Shown here one piece after another: positions 12,856 through 26,289 of a DNA stretch of 64,000 nt. Both the position numbers and the translations under genes were made by a program. The notes under the pieces are model-generated. The model searched no databases. It saw nothing but the letters and a program-made list of their open reading frames with translations, and was not told the origin of the DNA. The stretch comes from Heptranchias perlo (lineage: Eukaryota): positions 41,168,001-41,232,000 of the forward strand of contig NC_090335.1 of the NCBI RefSeq assembly GCF_035084215.1, read 5' to 3'. Numbering within the stretch: position 1 is the stretch's first letter; each line of letters opens with the position of its first letter.

Positions 12856-15184
12856 CGAAAACACAATATCAGATTCCACATGTACGCTGACGACACCCAG
12901 CTCTACCTCACAACATATTACATATTAATAGGACAAAGTCAGCATGGCTTTATGAAGGGGAAGTCATGTCTGACAAATTTGCTTGAGTTCTTTGAGGACA
13001 TAACGTACAGGGTGGATAAAGGGGAACCAGTGGACGTCGTGTATTTAGACTTCCAGAAGGCATTCGACAAGGTGCCACATAAAAGATTATTGCTCAAGAT
13101 AAAGAATCACCGGATTGGGGGTAATATTCTGGCATGGGTGGAGGATTGGTTATCTAACAGGAAGCAGAGAGTTGGGATAAATGGTTCATTCTCGGACTGG
13201 CAACCAGTAGCCAATGGTGTTCCGCAGGGGTCGGTGCTGGGTCCCCAACTCTTTACAATCTATATTAACGATTTGGAGGAGGGGACCGAGTATAACATAT
13301 CAAAGTTTGCAGATGATACAAAGATGGGAGGGAAAGTAGAGAGTGAGGAGGACATAAAAAACCTACAAGGGGATATAGACAGGCTGGGTGAGTGGGCGGA
13401 GATTTGGCAGATGCAATACAATATTGGAAAATGTGAGGTTATGCACTTTGGCAGGAAAAATCAGAGAGCAAGTTATTATCTTAATGGCGAGAAACTGGAA
13501 AGTACTGCAGTACAAAGGGATCTGGGGGTCCTAGTGCAAGAAAATCAAAAAGTTAGTATGCAGGTGCAGCAGGTGATCAAGAAGGCCAACGGAATGTTGG
13601 CTTTTATTGCTAGGGGGATAGAATATAAAAACAGGGAGGTATTGCTGCAGTTATATAAGGTATTGGTGAGACGGCACCTGGAATACTGCATACAGTTTTG
13701 GTGTCCATACTTAAGAAAAGACATACTTGCTCTCGAGGCAGTACAAAGAAGGTTCACTCAGTTAATCCCGGGGATGAGGGGGTGGACATATGAGGAGAGG
13801 TTGAGTAGATTGGGACTCTACTCATTGGAGTTCAGAAGAATGAGAGGCGATCTTATTGAAACATATAAGATTGTGAAGGGGCTTGATCGGGTGGATGCGG
13901 TAAGGATGTTCCCAAGGATGGGTGAAACTAGAACTAGGGGGCATAATCTTAGAATAAGGGCCTGCTCTTTCAAAACTGAGATGAGGAGAAACTTCTTCAC
14001 TCAGAGGATAGTAGGTCTGTGGAATTTGCTGCCCCAGGAAGCTGTGGAAGCTACATCATTAAATAAATTTAAAACAGAAATAGACAGTTTCCTAGAAGTA
14101 AAGGGAATTAGGGGTTACGGGGAGCGGGCAGGAAATTGGACATGAATTTAGATTTGAGGTTAGGATCAGATCAGCCATGATCTTATTGAATGGCGGAGCA
14201 GGCTCGAGGGGCCGATTGGCCTACTCCTGCTCCTATTTCTTATGTTCTTATGTTCTTACAACCACCTCCCTTGACCCCTCCACTGTCTCTCATTTGTCAC
14301 ATTGCTTAACTGACATCCAATACTGGATGAGCAAAAATTTCATCCAACTAAATATTGGGAAGACCGAAGCCATTGTCTTTGGTCCCCACTGCAAACTCTG
14401 TTCCCTAGCCACCGACTCCATCCCTCTCCCTGACCGCTGTCTGAGGCTGAATCAGACCATTCGCAACCTTGGCATCCTGTTTGACCCTGAGATGAGCTTC
14501 CGACCACATATCCACTCCATCACCAAGACCGCCTACTTCCACCTCCTTAACATCGCTGTCTCCGCCCCTGCCTCAGCTCATTTGCTGCTGAAACCCTCAT
14601 CCATGCCTTTGTTACCTCCAGACTGAACTATTCCAATGGTCTCCTGGCCGGCCTCCCATCTTCCACCCTCCATAATCTTGAGCTCATCTAAAACTCTGCT
14701 GCCCATATCCTAACTCACATCAAGTCCCGTTCTCCCATCACCCCTGTGCTCGCTGACCTACATTGACTCCCTGTCGTGGAACGCCTCGATTTAAAAATTC
14801 TCATCCTTGTTATTAAATCCGTCCATGGCCTCACCCCTCCCTATCTCTGTAACTTCCTCCAGCTTTACAACCCTCCAAATTCTCTGTGCTCCTCAAATTC
14901 TTGCCTCTTGTGCATCCCCGATTTTAATCACTCCACCATCGGCGGCCGTGCTTTCAGCTGCCTAGGCCCTAAGCTCTGGAATTCCCTGTCTGCCTCTCTA
15001 CCTCTCTCTCCTCCTTTAAATCGCTCCTTAAAACCTACCTCTTTGACCAAGCTTTTGGTCACCTGTCCTAATACCTCCTTATGTGGCTCGGTGTCAAATT
15101 TTGTTAGATAACGCTCCCGTTTTATAACGCCTTAGGACATTTTACTACGTTAAAGGTGCTATATGAACGCAAGTTGTTGTTGTT
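12856..15184 (+). mobile_element. 5'-truncated L2 LINE, split by a CR1 insertion
   Basis: MYADDTQLYLT|TTSLDPSTVSHLSHCLTDIQYWMSKNFIQLNIGKTEAIVFG...GGRAFSCLGPKLWNSL is the typical L2 RT C-terminus. Ends in a (gtt)n tail. Confidence 0.9.
12915..14257 (+). mobile_element. Young 5'-truncated CR1 LINE (RT part intact) nested in L2
   Basis: Open RT frame QHGFMKGKSCLTNL..GVPQGSVLGP..FADDTK..GNWT*, near-identical to the copy at 55438-57255. (ttcttatg)n tail. ACAAC TSD at 12910-12914 and 14258-14262. Confidence 0.95.
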
Positions 15185-16279
15185 AGATCTCCTATGGTGT
15201 TTCTCACAGTAAGTTAGATGATATGTTATTTTGTTAAGTCAGGAGTGTTCTACCATGTTTTGCACAATGGTTTATCTTACTGCTAAGGTCGAATTGTGCC
15301 CAGTTAATGTGACAATACAAAAGGCGCAGGCCAGAGTTTAATTGTTGTTTGGTCAGGGGACATTGCAGATCGGAAAGTATTTGTAAGTTCCAGGCTCCAG
15401 GTCAATTCTGGCATTCTTTAAAATTGTTTTGCATTTGTAACAAAGTGTGATTTTTGGTGTGTGATGCCTGGAGTGTGGTGGATTAACCCAAGATATGATG
15501 TTTTATATATTATATAAGAGAAAGTTAGTAAAATAATTAAGTACTTGAGAACATTTGGAAATCAAGTGGTCTGTGAAGGATAGCAAGTGAAGTGCATGGA
15601 GTGTGATGAGGATCCTGTCACATGTATGAAAATTTTTGAAAAAGAACAAAAGAAACCACAGAATGACAAAAGCCCATTCAATCTATCAAGCCTTTTCCAT
15701 GCACTAAGTAAAATCTACCTTGCTTCATTCATTTACTTAATCTACTGGCAGAACGTTTTGCACAAATATTCCCTGATCTCCAAATTACCAAATAAAACTC
15801 CAGACTATCTGTCATGACATTTAACCTCTACAGACCTGAACTTCAGCCGACCCCAGCCACAGGAAACGTTAGTCTAGATTTTTCAATCGGGACTACCCGC
15901 TTTACCAGTCTAAATTGATGGCATAGATTTTAAAATGGGTTGGAATTCCATTCTGACAGAGCTCTGCCCACTTCAGAGCCTCTTCCTGCTCTCATTTCTG
16001 GTGGCCAGCGAACTGCGTGCCCATTTTTGGGTTGGCATTTGCAAATGAGGCAGTAACGATGTGGTGATATCCTATGTCACATTTTCCATAATTTTGTTCT
16101 GCCTCATTTCTGTTTTCACTTGCTTTAAATAGGCATCTAAGATTGTTAGGCACTATAGAAAAGGCAGAGATGGACTTGACAAGTCTGGCAGCTATATTTG
16201 TAAGATTTCCAGAAATTTTATTTCTGACTTGATTTTGATGCTCTTCTTTTGTTTTTTTGCTATTGCCAGTGGCTATCCA

Positions 16280-17790
16280 TCTGCCTGTGTGCCATTTGCT
16301 GTGTGGCTGCCATTCCCATTTACACAGTGGTAGGATTCCACAAAATCCATGGAGTTTTAGATTGCACCCAAATTGCCAAACATGCTCCCTTGTTCAAAGC
16401 CACCTACGTCAACAGGAAATTATTCCACTGTCTCAATATGTAGCTTGTTTGTGACCAGCAGAATCGCATTATGCAAGTAAAGGATCACTTTTCTGGGAGT
16501 TGGCACAATGCTTTCATTTTAAGGCAGGCCAACATGCCTGCAAGCTTTGACCCAGAAATGGCTTCTGAGAAATCTTGGCTATCCTCCACAGCTGTTGCAA
16601 ATTACAGATGTTGTTTCCCAGGACACAAGCTGAGCAATGATATAATAAGATCTTTTAATGCATCAGAGAGTAATAATTGAGAACACCATCAACATGTTGA
16701 ATGTGTGTTTCAGGTACCTTGATCAATCTGAAATTGTCCTGCAATATAGCCTTACTGGGGTCTCAAGGACTATGGTTATATGCTGCATAACTTTGCCTTA
16801 CTAAGAAGCATTATTATGGAGACCCTGGAAGAGAAATGCTTATGGGCAGCAAAAGGAACAGCAGCAGTCTGAAGAGGATGAGAAAGACAACCCATTACCA
16901 GCTGCAAGACACATTTGTGCCAACCTTAATGATTAGAATAGTTTACTGAGAAGTGTAGCTTATGTGCCACTTTTAGGAGAAGGAGTGACATGAGAGTTTC
17001 ATCATATGGTTCAGTGACAGTTAATGCAGGTACAACACAAAGAGAAGGAAAAGAAGCAGAATTTCATCCTGAATTCGTAGCTGTCACATGCCCTTCTACT
17101 GCCCCATCTCTGATACCCTTTATGGCCTCTCTCCCACAATGTGGATTGTCAAACAGGGCCTCTCTCCTGTGCCTGACCTTCAGAAGCAGCACTTCCACAT
17201 CTGTATCTGAGAAAAATGGAGAGGTTCTCTGCTCTACAACTGACCTTAGAGATATTTTTAGCAAAAAGATTGGTATGAATGTAGTAAGAACAAATCAGAG
17301 AATGCCTGCCTCTTTTGTTGCTACAGCCCTTTAAATCCTGCACAGCACAAGTTCATAACTTTCCCATTGGAAAGGAGGCACTGACTGAAGCCTTTATTGG
17401 GAGCTGACTTCACAAGGATCCAGGACGTTATAAATGGCACCCATGTGGGCATGAGGCTGCAACACCTCAATCTGAATTCCTGCATGCACAGGAAGAGATT
17501 TTACTCTATAAACATCCAGCTGATACCTAACTACAGAAATGTGATATTGCACGTTAATGGCCAATATCCATGGAGTTCCTATTATGCTTTATTCTACCCC
17601 AGTTTATGATGCCTGAATTCTTTCAAGGTCCTGAAAGAATGAAAGATGGCTGTTGGGAGTCTAGGAATACCCTTTACATCTATGGCTGATAAATCTGATT
17701 AGAGACCCTCATGAATACAAATATAATGAGCCCATGCCATCACCCAAATTACTATGGAGCACACCATAGATATTGTAAAATATGCTCAAG
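16280..17790. mobile_element. Old Harbinger relics (two transposase fragments and a Myb/SANT fragment)
   Basis: + strand VGFHKIHGVLDCTQIA..NRKLFHCLN and GTHVG..HRKRFYSINIQL..YPWSS transposase motifs. - strand RTSPFFSDTDVEVLLLKVRHRREALF Myb-like motif at 17064-17264. Confidence 0.7.
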
Positions 17791-20044
17791 GTCATTCTGT
17801 GTCAATGTGCTAACCATGTTAAACAGTACCTAGCATCTACTGTAGGAGAAATAGATATGGATTTTAATTTATATCTAGGGGTTTTATATCTGATTCCTAA
17901 TTTGACATTTGAATAGTCACAGCCTTAGTCTACTTAACATATCATAATTCAAGTTCAGAATCACAACCTTAGATTCCATTTTTGTGTAACATTATAACAA
18001 AATAGTGAAGTTCACTTCCCAGGATTACAGTGCATACTTGGCAAAATAAACTTTTGCATTTCCTATTATATGAAGATAATATTCATATGTTTTCTGGATT
18101 AAGTCTATGACTTTATGTGATAGTATAAAGAAATATAATGAGGATGAACTAATATATAAAATCAGTTTAGACTCTGCAATGTACGAATTTGGGCTGTTGG
18201 AGTACATTTTCAATAAGTCATCTGTAGTCTTTTATTCTTTGTCTCTTTCTACCACGTTGACGTTATCATACTTTATCTGTCATGTGAATGCACTTTTGAA
18301 GCATAACACATAAACTAAAGTATCCTTGCTTTTTACAATTAAAGCAATACTCTAGTCTGGATAATTTGACCAATTCATCACTTTTTATTAAGCTTGGGAT
18401 TCCAATTAAAACTACACAAACATATCAGTACATTTTAACCATCCAGCACTCTGCAGGTTTTTCACATCTGTACTTAAGTGAAAGTTAACAAGATGTGTAC
18501 TATTTTTGATGGAGCTATTTCAAGTGACAATACTGTTGACGATGACAGGAGAAGCAAACTTTCTTTCACCTGATGTGTACCAATTTAGTTATCATTTTGG
18601 TTCGATTCAAATTCAGTTCAAGTGGCAACTTGTCTTATGTACCATTATCATGCAGAATGTCATTTATTGCAGCTTTTCCTACAGTCCTCAAGTGTACAAC
18701 AAGCTCAATGTCAGAAACAAATTAACACAAGGTGTTCAAACAATAGAAAGACTTCAAATTTCACCGTGTATTCTGATTGACTCCGAAGGTTATATTGAGA
18801 TTGAAGTTGAAAGCAGATTGCATCTCAGCCATCAGTATGCACCTATCTCTGTGGTTTATTTTGAAATATGTATTGGTATTTTTACTTATTTTTAAAAAAT
18901 CACTTTGAATTTGGCCTTAGACAAAAAATAATCATTTTAGAGGTGAAGGTTACTTTAAGAGTTAGGTCCTTATAATAGTTACCCCAGATGTGTCTCTGCT
19001 ACTTATATTTATATCATGACCATCATTTACATCATCATCAATGGATTAAAACTATCAAAAGGTCAGACAGTTTTTTTTAAATCCTGATTGTTTAAATGTT
19101 ATCTTCTTCCTCATTGGTTAAGTAACTGTATTTTCTCTTTTCTTATTGATTAATTTCTAATTGCACTATTCACCAATCATGCATTTGCAAAACTTTTCTC
19201 CCCGATTTTAATTATTTTCCCCAATCCTGTTCCACCCAAAGAAAAATGTCACCAATCACAATGCAGCAAACAAATTGTAACTTTGTAACATAATAACAAC
19301 ATAAAAATACAACAATTCAGAAAAATAGCAGAAACTTAACTATCGACTAACTCATCTCATCTGCTAAACACTGTTAACTTTCCCCTGAATGGCCCAATGC
19401 ATCTCCCCAGGCTTCAGGTACACCTTCTCCCAATACTTCAGGACTCAGCATCCCCTGCCTAGCTGAGCTCCAGCTTTGCCAACACATGCAACCTCTCTTG
19501 GCTCGCTGCCTTTTTGACCTGCGTAAATAAATAGCATGCAAACAACCCTACTCTGCTCATTCCTCAGTTCATCTGTGTTCTTTGTACCATCAGATTTTAA
19601 AATAAAATTTAATAAGTTTTTTCCTCTGCCCTCCTGCATGCCATCTGTGAGTTATAAGCAGCTGGGTCCATGCATCTATCTTATTTCGCCAATGTTTTAC
19701 AGTGCACATGCCTGTCATCTTTATCTTGGCCCTATAGCATCAGAGAATCTATCTGGAGCCAGTAGTTAACACAGAGAGAGGAACACAGCGAGGCAATCTG
19801 TTACTCACTGACAGGATACTCCTGTCAATTTGCACTTATTTAAATCTTAAAATGTCACTGCCCCAAATACCCCCTTGCCCCACCTGTACCATTTGGAAGT
19901 CCAGGCTGTCCATTCCCTACCTGAGCCTGAGCTGCCTCAAATCAATGCTGTTCACAGCCCCATCCCAGCCCAGGGCCCTGCATTCTGAATGACCCACATG
20001 TGATCTCTGCCACTTCCTTTCAAGCTGATTGATGTTCCAAACTT

Positions 20045-20260
20045 ACATAGAATTTACAGCACAGAAACAGGTCAATCGGCCCAACTGGTCTGTGCCGGTG
20101 TTTAGCTCCACACGAGCCTCTTCGTTACTTCATCTAACCCTATCAGCATATCTTTCTATTCCTTTCTCCCTTATGTACTTATCTAGCTTCCCCTTAAATG
20201 CATCTATGCTAATCGCCTCAACTACTCCATGTGGTAGCAAGTTCCACATTCTAACTTCCT
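20045..20260 (-). mobile_element. CR1 3' end fragment
   Basis: acatagaatttacagcacagaaacagg..tctagcttccccttaaatgcatct..gcaagttccacattct is a reverse-complement CR1 3' terminus. Confidence 0.75.
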
Positions 20261-20559
20261 TGGAACAGTACGGTAAAGGGGCTGATGAACCCTAGAACAG
20301 GATTGGGATGGACTCCAACTCTCCCACAGCCTTTTGTGAACCTATTTCTCAATGTTTCAAGAAAAATGTTTATAAACAGACCAGCCAGGTGATGATGGAG
20401 GTGGGATCAGGAGATAATGCCCAGGATGGTGATAACAGTAACAATCCAGTCTATAGTTTGACTGAAGCATTTCTGTGGTGGTTGTACTTTTCTGGAGAAG
20501 TTTTCGAGTTACCCTGAACCACCCTAAACCTTGAGAAGAGCACTGTGCTTTCTTACCCA

Positions 20560-20980
20560 GAGAGAGACAAAATCATTTCCATCAGTCAATTGAAATGTTG
20601 GATGAAAGGTCTGCGAAGAATGTTTTGATGGGGTAGGGCCCTTCAGCCTCTAAGAGACATCTCTGTGAGGACTTCATAGAGCTATATAAAATAATTAACA
20701 AGTATTTGAGAAATTCCACGTGGTCAGCGTGGAATTTCTCCATTTTAGAAAGCAAATGTCTTGCAGATATGTCAAGGCAGCAGGACAAGAGCGCACTGGT
20801 TGAGGCTTGCGAAAGTCAAATTTAGGACAAATGTCAGGGTGTGTTTCATTACGCAGAAGGTGCGTCAACAGATGAGTAGCCAGGAAGGGCGGATGAAACA
20901 AGGACATTCATTTAAGAAGCAGCTAGATGCCATACTGGGAAGGCAGTGGATTGCTATATTGAAAGGGTGAGACGATTTCT
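20560..20980 (+). mobile_element. Old CR1 ORF2 C-terminal fragment
   Basis: SRTRAH..LAKVKFRTNVRVCFITQK resembles the CR1 TRGH..K..FRT..R..FFTQR motif. Highly degenerate. Confidence 0.6.
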
Positions 20981-21417
20981 AGAATTCACTATTTTTTTGT
21001 ATTTCTTCCATGTAAAGTGATCCTCAAGCAAATATATGTCGTCTCCTTAGATATAATTAGATTTTCTCTGGGGAGTACATCTGAGCTTCTGTATATCACT
21101 TCCACAGAGCATGCCTGCATAGCTGACTAATTTTATTTTCATGTTATTAAACAGAGGGCATAATTTTAACATGGCAGCATGAATTCAGCAGGGGGGGGCG
21201 GGGGGTGAATAGTCCCATGGGAAACCCCCCAAAATTTTCCGGCTATCAGCTCAAGCAATTGCGACTAAATTGAAGGCCCTTAATGTAACTTCCGGGTTTT
21301 GCATCTCCAAGCTGCACAGCGGGTGTACTGTGCAACCGAATGACATGCTGGGAACTGGAGTATTTAAAGGGCCATTGCAAGCATGGATTTTAAGTGAGAA
21401 AGGAGGAATGTGCAGAG

Positions 21418-23230
21418 ATGCAGCATCAAAGGAGTAAGGCAGCACCCCACTTTAACGACTCTTCTCTTGAGTTGCTACTGGCTGGTGTGAGGAGGAGGGA
21501 GATATTGTACTCGGCTGATCGGAGGAAGTGCCCTGCCTCTGCCACCAAGAAGGCCTGGCTCGAGGTGGCAGAGGAGCTGAGCAACAGGAACATGTGGCAA
21601 GGTTGTGGGTGCAGTGCAGGAAGCGTTTTAGTGACCTAACCAGGTCAGGAAAAGTGAGTACAGTTTCTGATTCACCTACATCCTGTGCTGTATAATACCC
21701 CATCCCCCCTCACTCTGTCCTGCCAAGCCGACTCCATCACATCACTCCTCATACCCACTTAACTCTCATTATCAACTTACCTTCACTTTCTGTGCACTTC
21801 CTCACCTTCCCATTTGTGAACCCACCACCCCCACTCACCCCAATCCTGATGCAATGTGATGAATCTGTCTGATACTCACCCTCTGATGCATCTGTTTCAT
21901 TGGCAGCCTCACCCAAAGCAAAGCATTGTCACCTTCACTCACTCACTCACACATCTGTTCTTTCTCCCCTTATAGGGGAAGAGAGCGCAAAATGCACGGG
22001 AGAGGAGTAGGAATGGAGAGTGTCACCACAAACAGGGCCCCTGACAGAGGCGGAGGAGGAGGCCTTGGACCTCAGCCGCACGGTTGAATACCTGGCCATC
22101 GGAAATGACAAGACTGGCACCGCAAAAAAGGCTGGTGACAGAACTTTAACATCCTTCACACACACCATGAATTGATGTTATCAATGATTGACCTGTTGCA
22201 CACTTCAGTATGCTCATTGCAAACTAACTTCTGCGATAATTGTTAATATTGCTTTATGTTCTCTTCCAGGGCCTTCAAGGTTTGATGTGGAGGCACGCGT
22301 CATGGAAGAGGGCATTCCTCAGAGGAGCTCCATTCGCCTGAGGGCGCACTGTCACATCATATCCGGCGCAGATACTGGCACTTCGGTGGGTCCTGTTAGG
22401 CAGATAGTTGGGTTGTCACCTGGTGATTCACCACTCACAAGTGAGCACGAGCAGACACTGGTGGCAGGGGCAACTGCGGAGAGTACGCGTTAGGGGGTGC
22501 ACTCCTCTCCAAGCTTTGCTCAGCTTGGCACAGATGCTGAACCTCAGGGGCCATCATTGAGATTGAGAATGATAGAGCTACAGCTGCAGCTTTGCGAGGT
22601 AATGAAAAAGGTATCACACACTCTCCACAATAGCGGAGAGGATGGAGGAGTCCACCTCCAGCATTAGTGGAATGATGGCACATGTAAATGCGGGAATGTC
22701 TGCAATGGAGGGAACGGCAGCCCCCATTGAGCTTCAAGCATGGCTCACAAATGAGTCCATTCAGGCCATGACAACGGCCAAGTGGACTCAGAATGCCAAC
22801 TTTTCTGCCACCTTAAACAGGCAGACAGATACTTTAGCAGTGGCCTTCCATGGCATCACAGATGTCCTCCAAACTGTTGTCCAGCAGAGTGATAGGAGTG
22901 ATGTGGCCGTGGCCCAGGAGAGGGATGATGGTGAAAGGGGACATGGAAGTGGGGTCTCCACTCAAAGTGCTCCCACGCCTCACCCATTGTCCCTCCTTCA
23001 ACCGGTACCCACAATGCTGCCACCTCTCCCGATGGCCAAGTCTGCCCTGTACAGGTGCAGGTGAAGCAGTCTTTGGCGGGGCCCTCATGGGCTCCAAAAT
23101 CCAGAGGGTGTAGGAGGAGAGCATCTCAGCAGTCAGGACAGGGACCTGAGCACCCTGCCACTACCTCTGCTGAAGCCACAGGGGATGCACTATGTAAAAG
23201 AGCTCAGAAGGGAAAGGCGAAGGTTTTGTA
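21418..23230 (+). pseudogene. Harbinger Myb/SANT-like DNA-binding protein gene (spliced, disrupted)
   Basis: MQHQRSKAAPHFNDSSLELLLAGVRRREILYSADRRK..KKAWLEVAEEL..RKRFSDL. Donor gtgagt at 21654, acceptors before 21976 and 22270. Contains frameshifts. Confidence 0.75.
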
Positions 23231-23549
23231 ATCACCAAGGGTACGCACAAGGGTGTCTGACACAATGTCATGTTTTTCATTTATATTTATTTCTTCTTAC
23301 ATGCACATTTAATATAATTATTGCCACCACCACTGCCACGTCTTGTCCATTCTTGAGTCCCTTTTATGAAAGTGCCCTTTCATGTGCTTCATCATGAACG
23401 CCAAGACTTGATGTCACCCATTGGGCGCGTTTACAATGGGTGAATGCGTGGTTGAAGGACTTTTTTGTGCAAGCGGAGGGAGGGGTGCTGGTGTTGGTGT
23501 TGGTGGTTGTTCCAGGCAGTCTGAGTTCTTCACTATCTTCAGTTTGCAG

Positions 23550-24745
23550 ATCTCCTTATGAGAACCTATCAGATATGAGTGACTCCCTGGCATCACGAGC
23601 AGCCATATGCGCCGCTGCTCTGGTGATGTGTTGCCTATCTTTGTCATTGTTCTCCTCCTCCTCCTACTCCTCCTCATTGTCTTTTTCAATGTTGTCGGCA
23701 GATGAGGATGCTTCAAGAGCGCAGTGGAGCTCCTCCACCTGTTACCCTCTCTGCTGAGCGATGTTGTGCAAGACGCAACACACGACTATTATTCAGCACA
23801 CCCTCGCCAGTGAGTACTGAAGGGCTCCCCCAGATCAATCCAGGCACCTGAAGTGCATCGCCAGCATTCTTATAGCTTGTTCAGAACTGGTGGTGATGTG
23901 ACTGTCGTACCGCTGCTGTGCCTCGTTGGTGGGGTTTCTCACAGGTGTCATGAGCCACGTCTGCAGGGGGTATCCCTTGTCTCCAAGGAGCCAGCCCTTA
24001 AGTCTGTCTTGTGCGTGGAAGAGGGCCGGGATGTTGGACTCGTGCAAAATGAAGGAATCATGGCAGCTGCCAGGGTATTTGGCACACATCTGCAGAAATC
24101 TCTTCTAGTGGTCAATAAATAGCAGCGCATTGATGGAGTGATATCCCTTTCGGTTGATGAACAGTCCTGGCTCATGTGCAGGTCCTCAGATTGCTACGTG
24201 CGTGCAATCAATTGCACCCTGTACCCGTGGGAAGCCAGTCAGAGAGTTGAAATTCACTGCCCTCTCAGTCTGGCTGATGTCATCGATGGGGAAGTAGACG
24301 TAGTCGGATGCCCTGGCAAACAAGCCATACGTGACCTGTCGTACACACTTATGTGCAGACGACTGAGGGACCCTGGAGATGTCACAGATGGCGCCCTGGA
24401 AGCATCCTGATGCGAAAAAATCGAGTGCGACAGGCAATGTGTGGCCACCAGGCCCAGCCAGGAGCAGCTCTGCATGAAGGAGCCTGCAGATGTCTGCGAC
24501 CACCTGGCGACTCAATCTGAGCCTGTGTAGGCTCTGCTCCTCAGAGAGGTCCAAGAATCTCAGCCTCTGCCTGTACGCCCTTTCATGTGGGTAGTGCCTT
24601 CTGCGACGTTGGCCCCTCTGTTGGTCCCCTCTCTGCTCTTCTGCAGGTCTTTGTGATGCACCTCTGTCTTGTGCACCTGCATGCCTGCCTGCCACAGATA
24701 GTGATGTGCCTCCTCCTTAGATGTACTATAGAATAAATCCATTGT
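23550..24745 (-). pseudogene. Harbinger DDE transposase (HARBI1-like), disrupted
   Basis: Motifs GFPRVQGAIDCTHVAI, YPGSCHDSFIL, GWLLGDKGYPLQTWLMTP, EQAIRML..HFRCLD, spread over several frames. Confidence 0.9.
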
Positions 24746-25741
24746 GCCCCCCGTCCTGATGTTGTCAGTTTGAGGGGGGGTCCAAAATGTAGGTAAATAT
24801 ATCTGAACACAAGAATTCTGAGTGTGAACAAAGAAATCTCAGTCAAAACACAAGAACTCCCAGCAAATGGTTTGTCTGAGAGAACTGCTTGTCCAGCTAC
24901 AAAAACTCACCTTTTCTTCACGTGTCAATCACTGGTTTAAAGGTCCAAATGAGGGCCGGCTGCAACTCGTCTCCGTTTCCATGGCATGTTTCAGAGGTCA
25001 CGGGAGACATGTTCAGGAGACGTTAAAATGGTTTGTGTAACTCAATACACAAAATGTTAATCACATTAAGTGGTTTAAATACCTATATTGGCCCTTTAAA
25101 TATCAGACAGCCGGCTTTAAGTGTCAGCGAGACTTCTGGGTGTCTGATGCAGTCCTGCTCCGAAAACGGAGTATTTTCACTGCCCACCTGTCCCCAACCC
25201 ACCCTCGCTTTGGGTTAAAATTTACCCCAGAGTGTCTGTATTTATTCTCTTTTGACTTGATTTTATTTTCTGGCCATTGTACCTTCCCCAATGTTTGGGG
25301 AAGGGCTGTAGAGGCCAGCAAGAGGCCATTGCTGACTCGTGGGGCAAGCAGAATGGCTCAACCCCTTAGTGATCAGAAAAGCATCTGCTCCCTCCATTGG
25401 CATAGTTTGTACTGCTCTCAGGATCACTGCCGTCTCTGAAAACACCAGTGTAACCCATCTTTTTGAGTAGATTTTAGCATCTCCTAAAGCAGTTGAGCCA
25501 CCTAATTTACCTTACAGTGTATCTGCCAAAGTTGGAGCCGCCACCAGTTGCAGCGAATGTAAGATAAATAAATACAAATAAAAAAGTTTATATATAGTAC
25601 ACATGGTGATTTTCTTGGCTTTTCAAGCCACATTAAACTTGGTTAAAAGTACCTTAAAATAACGCCAATTTGTAAAAGTCACATGAAGTTCGAGTTGAAC
25701 TGGGATTAACTAAGCAGTGTAATCCTTCATAACAGATGTGT

Positions 25742-25942
25742 AGAACATAAGAACATAAGAAATAGGAGCAGGAGTAGGCCATACACCCCCTCCAGCCTGC
25801 TCCGCCATTCAGGTCATGGTTGATCTTCGACCTCAACTCTACTTTCCCGCCCTTTCCCCATACCCCTTGATTCCCTTAGTGTCCAAAAATCTATCGATCT
25901 CAGCCTCGAATATACTCAATGACTGAGCATCGACTGCCCTGT
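25742..25942 (-). mobile_element. CR1 3' end fragment
   Basis: (agaacata)n tail followed by aggagcaggagtaggcc..cctgctccgccattc, the reverse complement of a CR1 3' UTR. Confidence 0.85.
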
Positions 25943-26289
25943 GTAATTGGCCACAGCTGTAATATAACAACACAGATTTCTCACTGTAGTGGTCAACGTG
26001 GGATTAGATCATGATCTAACTTTAATTTTTACAGATGCAGCAATTAATTGAATACACAGTATATTGGCTACAGTACACAAGGGAGCATCACAATTATAGT
26101 AAAGTTTACCTGATAGAAGGCACTATTTGAATCTTCAAATCTACAGAGAGATTCTTACATCGTAAATGTTACTGCAGTACTGCGCTGCTAATTATGTACT
26201 AATCTTCATTACTACTGTTACTGGCTCCATTTAGAATGTGCTTTAACGTAACTTTGTTAAACCTGTGTGAAAAATAAAGAAGTCTTAAT

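Larger units (their letters stand above)
21156..25228. mobile_element. Full-length (degenerate) Harbinger transposon, 4073 bp, with convergent Myb/SANT (+) and transposase (-) genes
   Basis: TIRs GGGCATAATTTTAAC and rc GGGGTAAATTTTAAC, with an AGA TSD on both sides. Confidence 0.9.

Noticed and set aside
18506-18895. 129-aa ORF in unique sequence
   Set aside because: No recognisable domain, no convincing splice context and no Eph similarity; likely a chance ORF.
23550-24745. Possible domesticated HARBI1/NAIF1-like host gene pair
   Set aside because: Frameshifted, bounded by TIRs and a TSD, and multicopy within the window, so these are transposon relics.
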